A stretch of DNA of 64,000 nucleotides, taken from the NCBI GenBank assembly GCA_040217195.1, contig JAVJNR010000003.1, positions 672,001 to 736,000 of the forward strand, in the 5' to 3' direction. The notes under the pieces are model-generated. The model was not told the DNA's origin. It saw nothing but the letters and a program-made list of their open reading frames with translations, and made no database searches. The translations under genes were made by a program, and so were the position numbers. Shown one piece after another: positions 51,459-59,774 of this stretch; positions within the stretch are counted from its first letter, which is position 1; the number at the start of each line of letters is the position of its first letter. This stretch comes from Leptospiraceae bacterium. Its GTDB lineage: Bacteria; Spirochaetota; Leptospiria; Leptospirales; Leptonemataceae.

Positions 51459-51833
51459 TTAGAGCTGGCCCGGGTATATATGTTTTAGGAGCTGAAGGCT
51501 GGTCAGGATTCCCGCTGCCACTCCCAGGAAATTAATGTCGGATCTCAGGAAGAAGCCAAAGAATATCAGCGGTACGAGCAGATGCATTAAGAAATAGTGA
51601 ATGGTGCACTCCAGCGGAATGCGACTCAAATCACCATCTCTAAAGACTCGGTGGATATGGCTTCTGTAGAAGTGGATGAGCCCTGCACTTTTCTCCTGAA
51701 CACTGGTCAAAGACCAGCGATAGTGCGTCTGGATCTGGTAGGACAGAAAGGCCAGAAGCGAAACCACAACGGCGGATATGATCAGACAAAGGCTACACAT
51801 GGTTGTTGCAGTAAAAAACCCGGAAGGATACAA
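51459..51833 (-). CDS. Small hypothetical membrane protein (start uncertain)
   Basis: About 3 hydrophobic segments; fills the gap between neighbours. Confidence 0.45.
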   Translation of the reverse strand: MYPSGFFTATTMCSLCLIISAVVVSLLAFLSYQIQTHYRWSLTSVQEKSAGLIHFYRSHIHRVFRDGDLSRIPLECTIHYFLMHLLVPLIFFGFFLRSDINFLGVAAGILTSLQLLKHIYPGQL

Positions 51834-51874
51834 TTCTGATTGCGAGTATTTGCTGAAAAGAACAATCTGAAAAA

Positions 51875-53071
51875 ATGCAGACCTTGAATAGCCAAACCGC
51901 AGCCAACGACCTATTTAATCCTACTGAAGAGCATGCACAGCTACGAGAAATGGTGGAGAAATTCACCTGGCAAACCCTGGAAGGACAGGCCGCCGAGCAC
52001 GATGAGAAAGAAACGTTTAATAAAGATTTGTTTCATACCCTGGGCAGTGAACTGGGCATCTTTGGGCTAACCGTTTCTCCTGAATTCGGCGGAGCCGGCA
52101 TGGATCCTGTGGCCGAAGTAATCGTTCATGAAACCATGAGCATGGCAGATCCGGCCTTTACTTTGAGCTACCTTGCTCATGAAGTACTATTTGTTAACAA
52201 TCTCTTTGTTAGCGGCAATGAAGCTCAAAAGAAGAAATATCTGCCCGGGGTAATCAACGGAGAGAAAATTGGGGGCATGGGCATGACGGAACCCGGAGCA
52301 GGAACGGATGTTCTTGGGCTTCAGACCATGGCTCAAAAGAAATCCGATCGGTATGTACTGAATGGCTCCAAGCAATTCATTACCAATGGAAATGAAGGCG
52401 ATGTTTTTATCATATATGCAAAGATCGACGATAGAAGCAAAAGACAGATTACTTCCTTCCTGGTAGAATCCAGTTATTCCGGTTTTCGCGTAGGTAAGAA
52501 AGAGGAAAAGATGGGAATGAAGGCCTCCAGCACAACTGTGTTGCATTTCGACGATGTTGAAGTACCGGCCGAAAATCTGATTGGAACAGAAGACAAAGGC
52601 ACCAGTTCCATGATGCGAAATCTGGAAATCGAAAGAGTAACCCTTGCAGCCCAGTCCCTTGGAATTGCTCGGCGCTGCATTGATATGATGTGCCAGTATT
52701 CCATTCGGGACAGAAAAGCATTTGGTAAGCCTCTGATCGACCTGGGGCAGATTCAACGACTTGTTTCCGAGAGCTATGCTAAATGGGAGGCAGCCCGAGC
52801 ACTGGTTTACAATGTTGCAGCGAATATGGATCCAACCAGGCGCAACTCCCTGGGAGCAGCCAGTGCGAAGCTGGTAGCCACAGGCATGGCTGAAGAAGTG
52901 GCAAGAAATGCGATTCAGGTCCTTGGGGGCTACGGTTACATCCGCGAATATCCGGTAGAACGAATGCTAAGAGATGCGATCTTGCTTAGCATTGGTGGAG
53001 GCACCAATGAAGCTATGCAGAAGAATATTTCCGCCGATCTAAAACGTATGTATGAAAACCTGGGAGGTTAA
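51875..53071 (+). CDS. Acyl-CoA dehydrogenase (isovaleryl-CoA dehydrogenase-like)
   Basis: GMTEPGAGTD, LNGSKQFITNG, IQVLGGYGY..VERMLRDA, IGGGTNE. Confidence 0.9.
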   Translation: MQTLNSQTAANDLFNPTEEHAQLREMVEKFTWQTLEGQAAEHDEKETFNKDLFHTLGSELGIFGLTVSPEFGGAGMDPVAEVIVHETMSMADPAFTLSYLAHEVLFVNNLFVSGNEAQKKKYLPGVINGEKIGGMGMTEPGAGTDVLGLQTMAQKKSDRYVLNGSKQFITNGNEGDVFIIYAKIDDRSKRQITSFLVESSYSGFRVGKKEEKMGMKASSTTVLHFDDVEVPAENLIGTEDKGTSSMMRNLEIERVTLAAQSLGIARRCIDMMCQYSIRDRKAFGKPLIDLGQIQRLVSESYAKWEAARALVYNVAANMDPTRRNSLGAASAKLVATGMAEEVARNAIQVLGGYGYIREYPVERMLRDAILLSIGGGTNEAMQKNISADLKRMYENLGG

Positions 53072-53102
53072 CTTGCCCGGTTTCTAAGCATTATGATTAG
53101 TT

Positions 53103-53136
53103 GTTCATCCGGGCCCATCCAATGACCCGGATGAAC
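53103..53136. terminator. 11-bp inverted repeat after the acyl-CoA dehydrogenase gene
   Basis: GTTCATCCGGG..CCCGGATGAAC. Confidence 0.5.
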
Positions 53137-53279
53137 CGAAGTCTTTCGCGGGTCTGCCATTCGGTGCAACCCGTTCAACCACCAGCCCATTAACTCTTCC
53201 AGGCAAGGATAATCGAGTTACGAAACCTGTGATTCGCTTTTTGCGTTGATGCTTACTGTGTACTTAAATCCATGGGTCT

Positions 53280-55667
53280 ATGAGGCGAATCTTTGCAACC
53301 TGTGTAATACTCTTAATCATTCCTTCCGGCTTATTTGCCAGTGACGGTGTTGCGGCCTTCTCCCATGCAGAAGCAGATATATTGTGGGTCATTATCGCCT
53401 CCGCCCTGGTTCTATTCATGCAAGCCGGATTTCTCATGCTGGAAACCGGCATGGTTCGAGCCAAGAACACAATTAATGTAGCTTTTAAGAATCTGTTCGA
53501 CTTCTTCATTGGCGTTGTGGCCTTCTTCGCTTTAGGTTATGGTATAATGTTCGGAAGTTCCTACCTGGGGTGGATCGGAACAGATAACTTCTTTCTGGCT
53601 CAGGTAAAGGAGCCTTCTAAGTTCGCTTTCTTTCTTTTTCAAGCCACCTTTCTAGGAACAGCGGCCACTATCGCATCCGGTGCAGTGGCCGAACGAATGA
53701 GGTTCAGCGCTTACATCCTCATTTCACTGTTTGCATCCATCTGGATTTATCCAGTCTTCGGGCACTGGGCCTGGGGCGGAGGATGGTTAAGCGAAATGGG
53801 ATTTATCGATTTCGCAGGCAGCACAGTGGTGCATTCCACTGGCGGATGGATTGCTCTGGCAGCGATCATTATGCTTGGGCCCCGTCAGGATAAATTCGAT
53901 GAATCCGGTAAACCCCGGAAAATCACAGGCCATAATCTTCCGGCCGCTGCCCTGGGAACCTTTATCCTGATGTTTGGCTGGCTGGGATTCAATGGCGGAA
54001 GCACTCTTGCATACACAGATGCAATACCTCTTATTCTAGTAAATACCACCATCGCGGCCGCCGGCGGAGCTCTTTCTGCCATGGTCGTAAGTTGGATTCG
54101 CTTTAGAGCTCCCGCTGTGGAAGATGGAATCAACGGGGTTCTGGGCGGTCTGGTTGCCATCACTGCAGGATGCCATATGATGTCGCCTGCCATGGCTCTG
54201 CTCGTAGGGGGCATCGCAGGCATTATTGCCTCTCTTTTTGTTATTCTTCTGGAGAACTTCTTTCGCCTGGATGATGTAGTGGGAGCATTCACCGTACATA
54301 GTGTATGCGGAGTCTGGGGAACCCTGGCCCTGGCACTGGTGGGAAATACATCAAGCTTTGCCACAACCAATGGTGAGCCCATCAGTCGCCTGGAACAGAT
54401 GGGAATTCAACTCATAGGCGTGGGCAGCAATACCCTGTGGGCCTTTGGTCTGGCTCTAATCTTCTTCTGGACTATCAAACGGTTCACTCCTCTGAGAGTG
54501 ACTGCAAAAGAAGAAAGCGATGGTCTTAACTTTTCGGAACACAATGCAAGAACCAACTGGTTCGAATTAATGCGATCCATGGATTCCATGGCACGAGGTG
54601 AAGGAGACCTGAGTACAAAACTGGAGGTGGAACCGGCCACTGCAGAAGGAGCCATTGCAGAGGTATTTAATCGAATCCAGGAAAGGATGTACGGTCTAAT
54701 CGCACAGATTCATACAAGTGTAGACCAAATGGAAATGGCTGCTTCAGATATGACAGAAGTTTCTGTGGATATCAACTCGACTGTAGAAGAACAATCGGCG
54801 CAGCTAGAAGAAATAAATGCACTGATGGAATTAATCAGTAAAGCGGTGAAAGATGTAGCTGAATTTACAGAAAAGCAAAACCATCTATCAACCCAGGTGG
54901 AGGCCATGATAGGCCGAACAGTGGATTCTGCTTCCAGGCTTCATAGTCGCATCGATCAGGCCACGGAACGGGCCGGAAATGGGCGAAATCTAGCCAGCGA
55001 AGGCCAGAAAGTTCTGGGCGAATTGTCCCATGGGATGCAGGGAATTGAGCAGGGGGCCGGCCAGGTAATGAACATCGTAAAGACTCTTCAGAAAATCTCC
55101 GAGCAGCTATCCTTTCTTTCCATCAATGCAAGTATTGAAGCGGCCCGTTCCGGTCATGACGGGATGGGCTTTGCTGTGGTAGCCGGAGAAATTAATAACC
55201 TGGCAGAGTTTACGGCAGCCCGTACCAAGGAAGCGCAGAGTCATATATCTGAAATGCAACGATGGGTGACCACGGGCAGCGCTGGAATCGACAGGACCAG
55301 AAATTCCTTCCGGACAATTGCTGAAGAAGTGGCCAACATCGATGAAGAACTCAAACAGATTCGTAGTATTAGTGAAGATCAAAACGAACAGGGAAAACGA
55401 ATCCCGGAACTAATGTCCGAGCTAGATACGATGGCAGAATCTATAGAAGAAAATGTAAAGTCCAGATCCAAAGAGATTGGAGAGATCTACGAATCCATTT
55501 CCGAGCTGAACGATTCGCTCACGGACATGAACAGGAGAACAGAAAAGCTACAGGATACAGGCAGTAGTCTCCATGAAAATGCTCTGGGCTTGCAGAAGCT
55601 TACGGCCCGCTTTCGCCTGGACAGGTTCGGCTCTCACCCAACCCAGGCATTGCCAGGCCAGGCATAA
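53280..55667 (+). CDS. Ammonium transporter (Amt) fused to a methyl-accepting chemotaxis signalling domain
   Basis: Amt motifs MQAGF, SGAVAER, DFAGSTVVH, GWLGFNGGS, DDVVGAFTVH; MCP tip INASIEAARSG..GFAVVAGEI in the same frame. Confidence 0.9.
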   Translation: MRRIFATCVILLIIPSGLFASDGVAAFSHAEADILWVIIASALVLFMQAGFLMLETGMVRAKNTINVAFKNLFDFFIGVVAFFALGYGIMFGSSYLGWIGTDNFFLAQVKEPSKFAFFLFQATFLGTAATIASGAVAERMRFSAYILISLFASIWIYPVFGHWAWGGGWLSEMGFIDFAGSTVVHSTGGWIALAAIIMLGPRQDKFDESGKPRKITGHNLPAAALGTFILMFGWLGFNGGSTLAYTDAIPLILVNTTIAAAGGALSAMVVSWIRFRAPAVEDGINGVLGGLVAITAGCHMMSPAMALLVGGIAGIIASLFVILLENFFRLDDVVGAFTVHSVCGVWGTLALALVGNTSSFATTNGEPISRLEQMGIQLIGVGSNTLWAFGLALIFFWTIKRFTPLRVTAKEESDGLNFSEHNARTNWFELMRSMDSMARGEGDLSTKLEVEPATAEGAIAEVFNRIQERMYGLIAQIHTSVDQMEMAASDMTEVSVDINSTVEEQSAQLEEINALMELISKAVKDVAEFTEKQNHLSTQVEAMIGRTVDSASRLHSRIDQATERAGNGRNLASEGQKVLGELSHGMQGIEQGAGQVMNIVKTLQKISEQLSFLSINASIEAARSGHDGMGFAVVAGEINNLAEFTAARTKEAQSHISEMQRWVTTGSAGIDRTRNSFRTIAEEVANIDEELKQIRSISEDQNEQGKRIPELMSELDTMAESIEENVKSRSKEIGEIYESISELNDSLTDMNRRTEKLQDTGSSLHENALGLQKLTARFRLDRFGSHPTQALPGQA

Positions 55668-55830
55668 AATTGAATTATAGGACCGGCAGAACGCCGGAGC
55701 AATCTACATTGAGAGATTAAGCCATCGAAAATACCTGACGGCAAAAAGCAGTCCGGCCTGAGATTGTCCGGGCCTGGGTTCGAGCACTTCAAAGTATTCG
55801 ACACAGGCTCGATTGGGACTCCATCAAAGT

Positions 55831-56379
55831 TTAGCCCCAGAGCTTCAAATGGCGAGGTTCTTCCTTCGATTCAGGACCGTTCATTCTATACTCTCGCTGC
55901 GCCTGACTCTGCAAGCTGTTGGCTTCGTTAGCAACAAGCATATCCGGTGCGGAAGGATCACCAGGTGCCATGGCCGCCAGACGAATCTGATTGGCCCGAG
56001 CGGCCGTGGCCTCCGGATCGCCAGGAACCGGGCTTGTATCGATTCGAACTTTCCCGCCTATTGCATAGGGCTTCCCATCCGGTCCAATGGCATATTCAAA
56101 TGTGGGTCCACCCTTGGCCAGGGTTCCCGCTGCAGCCATATGCTTCTGTTCATGGAGGCGGACTTCTCGATCCCGCTCCTTCAATTCATCTAGAAGGGCC
56201 TTTTCTTCATCCGAAAGTCTGGTCTCATTTTGCAAGCCTGATCGAGCAGACCTGCCTGGTTCCGCCCTTTCTACACCTTTGTCCGGACTCACATTTCTGG
56301 TGATAACCATGCCATTGGACATGATTCCCAGCAGATCTCGATTCGGATCCGCAATGATTCTTGAAATAGCCGGGGACAT
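55831..56379 (-). CDS. SprA-related family protein (putative metalloprotease)
   Basis: RDREVRLHEQKH, GPDGKPYAIGG, AAMAPGDPSAPD. Confidence 0.75.
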   Translation of the reverse strand: MSPAISRIIADPNRDLLGIMSNGMVITRNVSPDKGVERAEPGRSARSGLQNETRLSDEEKALLDELKERDREVRLHEQKHMAAAGTLAKGGPTFEYAIGPDGKPYAIGGKVRIDTSPVPGDPEATAARANQIRLAAMAPGDPSAPDMLVANEANSLQSQAQREYRMNGPESKEEPRHLKLWG

Positions 56380-56518
56380 ATATTGTTCAGAACCGCTCTT
56401 CGATTCAGTGATCGGAAAAAGTAGAATCGTACTTAATGGTTCAAAGAAAATGTTGACCGGCGGAAAGCCAGTCCCCGGATACTTGATTTTTCCAGTTCCA
56501 GGAAATCCGAGGACTCAG

Positions 56519-56962
56519 ATGTTGTTGGTGCGCACCTATATTGATCGCAGTGGAATTCATGGCATAGGATTGTTTGCAGATGAATTCATACCGGCAGGGA
56601 CAATGATCTGGCAGTTACTGCCGGCCTTCGATTTGATTATCAGCGAAACAGACCTGGCACAGCAGTCCAGGGTAGTCCAGGAATACGTGGGCAAATATGG
56701 CTACCTCAGCCCGGAAAGCCAGGGATACGTAATCTGTTCAGATGATGCAAGATTCTTCAACCATGCAGATGAGCCGAATACAAGATCCATCAGCCATGAG
56801 GTAACTCTGGCGCTCCGGGATATAGAGAAAGGGGAAGAACTAACCTGCAATTACTTCGAGTTTGATGCAACGGCCATCAATCATTTTCGCGGTCTCAGGG
56901 ACACGGAACCCGTGGCCGGTGCGATTCCGGATAATCCAGAAAATGGTAGGGAGGCTTCCTGA
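56519..56962 (+). CDS. SET-domain protein
   Basis: SGIHGIGLFA, RFFNHADEPN, GEELTCNY. Confidence 0.85.
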   Translation: MLLVRTYIDRSGIHGIGLFADEFIPAGTMIWQLLPAFDLIISETDLAQQSRVVQEYVGKYGYLSPESQGYVICSDDARFFNHADEPNTRSISHEVTLALRDIEKGEELTCNYFEFDATAINHFRGLRDTEPVAGAIPDNPENGREAS

Positions 56963-56999
56963 TATAAGAAGTCCATGGGCAGAGCAGACCAAACGAAAA

Positions 57000-58286
57000 T
57001 CAGGGCTGATCGGCGTTGTTTCTGAATCTGGCTGTAATTGGCTGCATAGCGCTCGGTGCCAGTGAGTTTCGGGCCAGTAGATCCACATACCTGGCTGAAA
57101 GCACTGTTACTCTGTAGCGATAACCACCCAGGGCTTCCGAATGATAGGAAACCGGATTGGCCAGCTGAATGACTACAGACCTGTCTTCAGGATAAACACA
57201 GATCTCAGAAAAAGTACCGTTCCATAGTCCACTATGGAAGAAAGTCTTCACCAGTCCATTGTGAGCTTCCACACGGAACCCGTGGGAGTAATATTGCATG
57301 TGCTTGGTCACGGGCATGAAAGCCGGAGGCTGCAGCATTTCCTGGACGGAATCTGGTCTTAGAATTTCCGCCCCTTCCAGGGTTCCACCGCCAAGCAGCA
57401 TTCGGCCAAAACGACCCAGGTCATGAATACTGGAAGAGATACCAGAGGAGCCTTTGATTCCTGGACTGGCAGTGCTATCTCGCATGCCCAGTGGCTCAAA
57501 AATAGCCTGTTCCAGGTATTCCGGATAAGTCATTCGACTGGCATTTTCGATTATAGCGGCCAGGTGGGCATAATTTCCGTTGGAATACTGATGCCGAATT
57601 CCAGGAGCATAGGATGGTAATGAAGAACCGTAAGAAATCCCGGACGTATGAAGAAGAAGGTCTCGAACTGTTATCTGACCGAATTCAGGCCGACTGACAT
57701 GGACCCCGTATCGTGATATGGGGGCATCCAGATCTACCAATCCGTCTTCCACCAGAGTCATAACAGCTACCGCGGTAAAAGACTTGGTAAGGGATGCAAT
57801 TGGCTGACTTCTGTGTGAATCCAGGCCCTGATAGATTTTAACTGCAGGCTGCTCTTCAAGATAGATCTCTACAGCTGCACTGGGTACAATTTGATCGGAA
57901 ACTGCGGATTTAACGTAACCCAGGAGCTCCTGTTCGGCCCTGAGAGCCGCCCGAGATCTTTGAATTCTGGCTTCCCGATGTCCCTGAGTCAGCCTCACCC
58001 TGGGTGGCTCATAGCTAATAGCCCGGTCTGTCCTGGCAGGAGGAGGTACATCCAGACCCACATCAGGAAATAGGTTATCTTCTGGAAACTGCAGTGAATC
58101 GGACGCCTCTTTATATGAGAAAACGGATGCCATGGGCATGGGAACGATCAAAAGCAAGGCAAGTGCTACCCGATGCGCAATTTTCTTTTTCTGCTCCGGG
58201 CGGAGCAAAGGCCTGGAAGGGGCGCCGCTCTCATAGGGAGAAAGGCGGGCCACTCGATTTCCCTGTGCGTCCATAATCAAAGGCAT
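57000..58286 (-). CDS. Serine hydrolase, beta-lactamase/class C-like family
   Basis: SLTK (SxxK), LLLHTSG, YSN, IFEPLGM, HSG; N-terminal TM segment. Confidence 0.85.
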   Translation of the reverse strand: MPLIMDAQGNRVARLSPYESGAPSRPLLRPEQKKKIAHRVALALLLIVPMPMASVFSYKEASDSLQFPEDNLFPDVGLDVPPPARTDRAISYEPPRVRLTQGHREARIQRSRAALRAEQELLGYVKSAVSDQIVPSAAVEIYLEEQPAVKIYQGLDSHRSQPIASLTKSFTAVAVMTLVEDGLVDLDAPISRYGVHVSRPEFGQITVRDLLLHTSGISYGSSLPSYAPGIRHQYSNGNYAHLAAIIENASRMTYPEYLEQAIFEPLGMRDSTASPGIKGSSGISSSIHDLGRFGRMLLGGGTLEGAEILRPDSVQEMLQPPAFMPVTKHMQYYSHGFRVEAHNGLVKTFFHSGLWNGTFSEICVYPEDRSVVIQLANPVSYHSEALGGYRYRVTVLSARYVDLLARNSLAPSAMQPITARFRNNADQP

Positions 58287-58585
58287 ATCCCTCTATAAAT
58301 CGGCCAAATGCTGATAAAATTCCAAAAAAAGCTAATGGATTGGCCCAAATGATTCGTCTAAGCTTGACTTTCAATTCTTTTTTGCACTGCACTGAGACAT
58401 TAGCTTCCGGGCCGAGCTCGGTCCATCCGGGAGCGTTCTTTCCCGGCCCTCCGCTCCTCAAAATCTTCCGTAAGCGATTGAATTTAACTCCAATCAGCCC
58501 TGCCTCCGCTCACTGGCTGGATTTCCTGGTTTATGCGGCCGGGACCGGAACCGATGGGATGGGATCTGTGGCGGATCCAGCCGAG

Positions 58586-59058
58586 TTATGTCGTATTACG
58601 GTGGTTCGCGCGGATTATGTCTCATTAGCTCTCCGGGGCCTGGATTATGTCTCATAAAGGATTGGCGGCGCCGTATTATGTCACATCGCCGTTCAGCGGC
58701 CGGATTATGTCGTATTTGAAGCCGGGCCGAAGGCCGGAACTCAGATTGGCCAGGAATCGCAAAATCGACCGACCCAGGACTGCTGAATCGCCCGTTTTAC
58801 AGGCAGATATCTCCCGCTTCTTAGCTCGCTTTGAGCCTCCCCCTCCGGTGAACACAGGGCCCAATTTTGTCGGGCGGCTGAGAGGACCGTTGAGTAGATT
58901 ATGTCGCATCGGGGGGATCGGATCGGATTATGTCACGTTGCCTTCAGAAGGAGAGAGATATTATGTAACATCTTGTCAGGGTCGCAAAATTATGTCGCAT
59001 CGCATGTGCAATGCTGTATTATGTCACATTACTGCGGTACTGAAGGATCATATCCTAT
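58586..59058 (+). repeat. Interspaced direct-repeat array: 2 x 5 copies of an 11-bp TTATGTC(G/A/T)CAT-type motif, modal period 29 bp, with unique spacers
   Basis: Copies start at 58586, 58615, 58645, 58676, 58705, then 58899, 58928, 58961, 58990, 59019; degenerate copy at 59048. Confidence 0.9.
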
Positions 59059-59162
59059 TGCCTTTTCGGCGGAGGTATAACATTCATACAATCCAGGTCG
59101 GACTTTCGCAGTGCCCTTTGCCAGACGACCAACCCGGGAATACTAAACTGGATACCTGCCAG

Positions 59163-59717
59163 CTATCCGGCAGATTTTCTCTCGCGAATCCAGTTTTCCA
59201 GTTCGCGATTCACTTTTTCAGCCATAGAACCAAAGGATTCCAGTTCCTCCGGGCGGAAATTGCCCAGTAAATAGGATGCTATCTCCCCTCTCTCCGGTCT
59301 ACCGACACCGATTCGCACACGGAAAAAATTGCCATTACCCAATCGAGCAATAATATCCCGCAGACCATTGTGCCCTTTATGCCCTCCATCCTTTTTTAGC
59401 CGTACATCTCCAAACGCCAGTTCGGCTTCATCGTGCAGAACAATGATATTTTCCTGTTTGATGCCGCTGGATGCCATAGCCTTTTGCAGAGGACCGCCGG
59501 ATCGGTTCATATAGGTCATAGGCTTGAAAAGGATCAAATTCATGGAGAAAAGCTCAGCTTCAGCCATATCTCCATCATGCTTGGTTCGCCAGCTCACCGG
59601 AAGTGGCAGGTCCTCTGCAAACCGGTCCAGGGCCAGAAATCCAGCATTGTGACGAGTCTTGCTGTACTGATTGCCCGGGTTTCCCAGACCTACAATCATC
59701 AATCGCGAACCAGACAT
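59163..59717 (-). CDS. pth: Peptidyl-tRNA hydrolase
   Basis: IVGLGNPG..TRHNAGF, KPMTYMNRSG, GHNGL, RVRIGVGRP. Confidence 0.95.
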   Translation of the reverse strand: MSGSRLMIVGLGNPGNQYSKTRHNAGFLALDRFAEDLPLPVSWRTKHDGDMAEAELFSMNLILFKPMTYMNRSGGPLQKAMASSGIKQENIIVLHDEAELAFGDVRLKKDGGHKGHNGLRDIIARLGNGNFFRVRIGVGRPERGEIASYLLGNFRPEELESFGSMAEKVNRELENWIRERKSAG

Positions 59718-59774
59718 GGAGCCAGAGGCCAGGTTGCACTTGACCCGAAAAGGAAAAAACAGCGAGTCTACAAT

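Noticed and set aside
57000..58286. Antibiotic-resistance beta-lactamase
   Set aside because: The motifs fit the broad serine hydrolase family; nothing points specifically to AmpC activity or a mobile context.
58586..59058. Canonical CRISPR array
   Set aside because: Repeats are only 11-12 bp and variable, spacers are 18-22 bp, and there are no cas genes in the window. Kept as an unexplained array instead.
58586..59058. oriC with DnaA boxes, or a complete dif site
   Set aside because: The motif is not TTATCCACA, there is no AT-rich unwinding element or dnaA, and no unit has a left arm ending in ATAA as a full dif would.
58340..59270. ORFs 58340-58657, 58647-59270 and 58676-58909 as genes
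   Set aside because: No recognisable protein features; the array period shifts frame (29-33 bp); the longest ORF overlaps pth antisense.
59718..59774. SRP RNA upstream of dnaX
   Set aside because: The gap is 57 bp and no SRP domain IV motif is visible.
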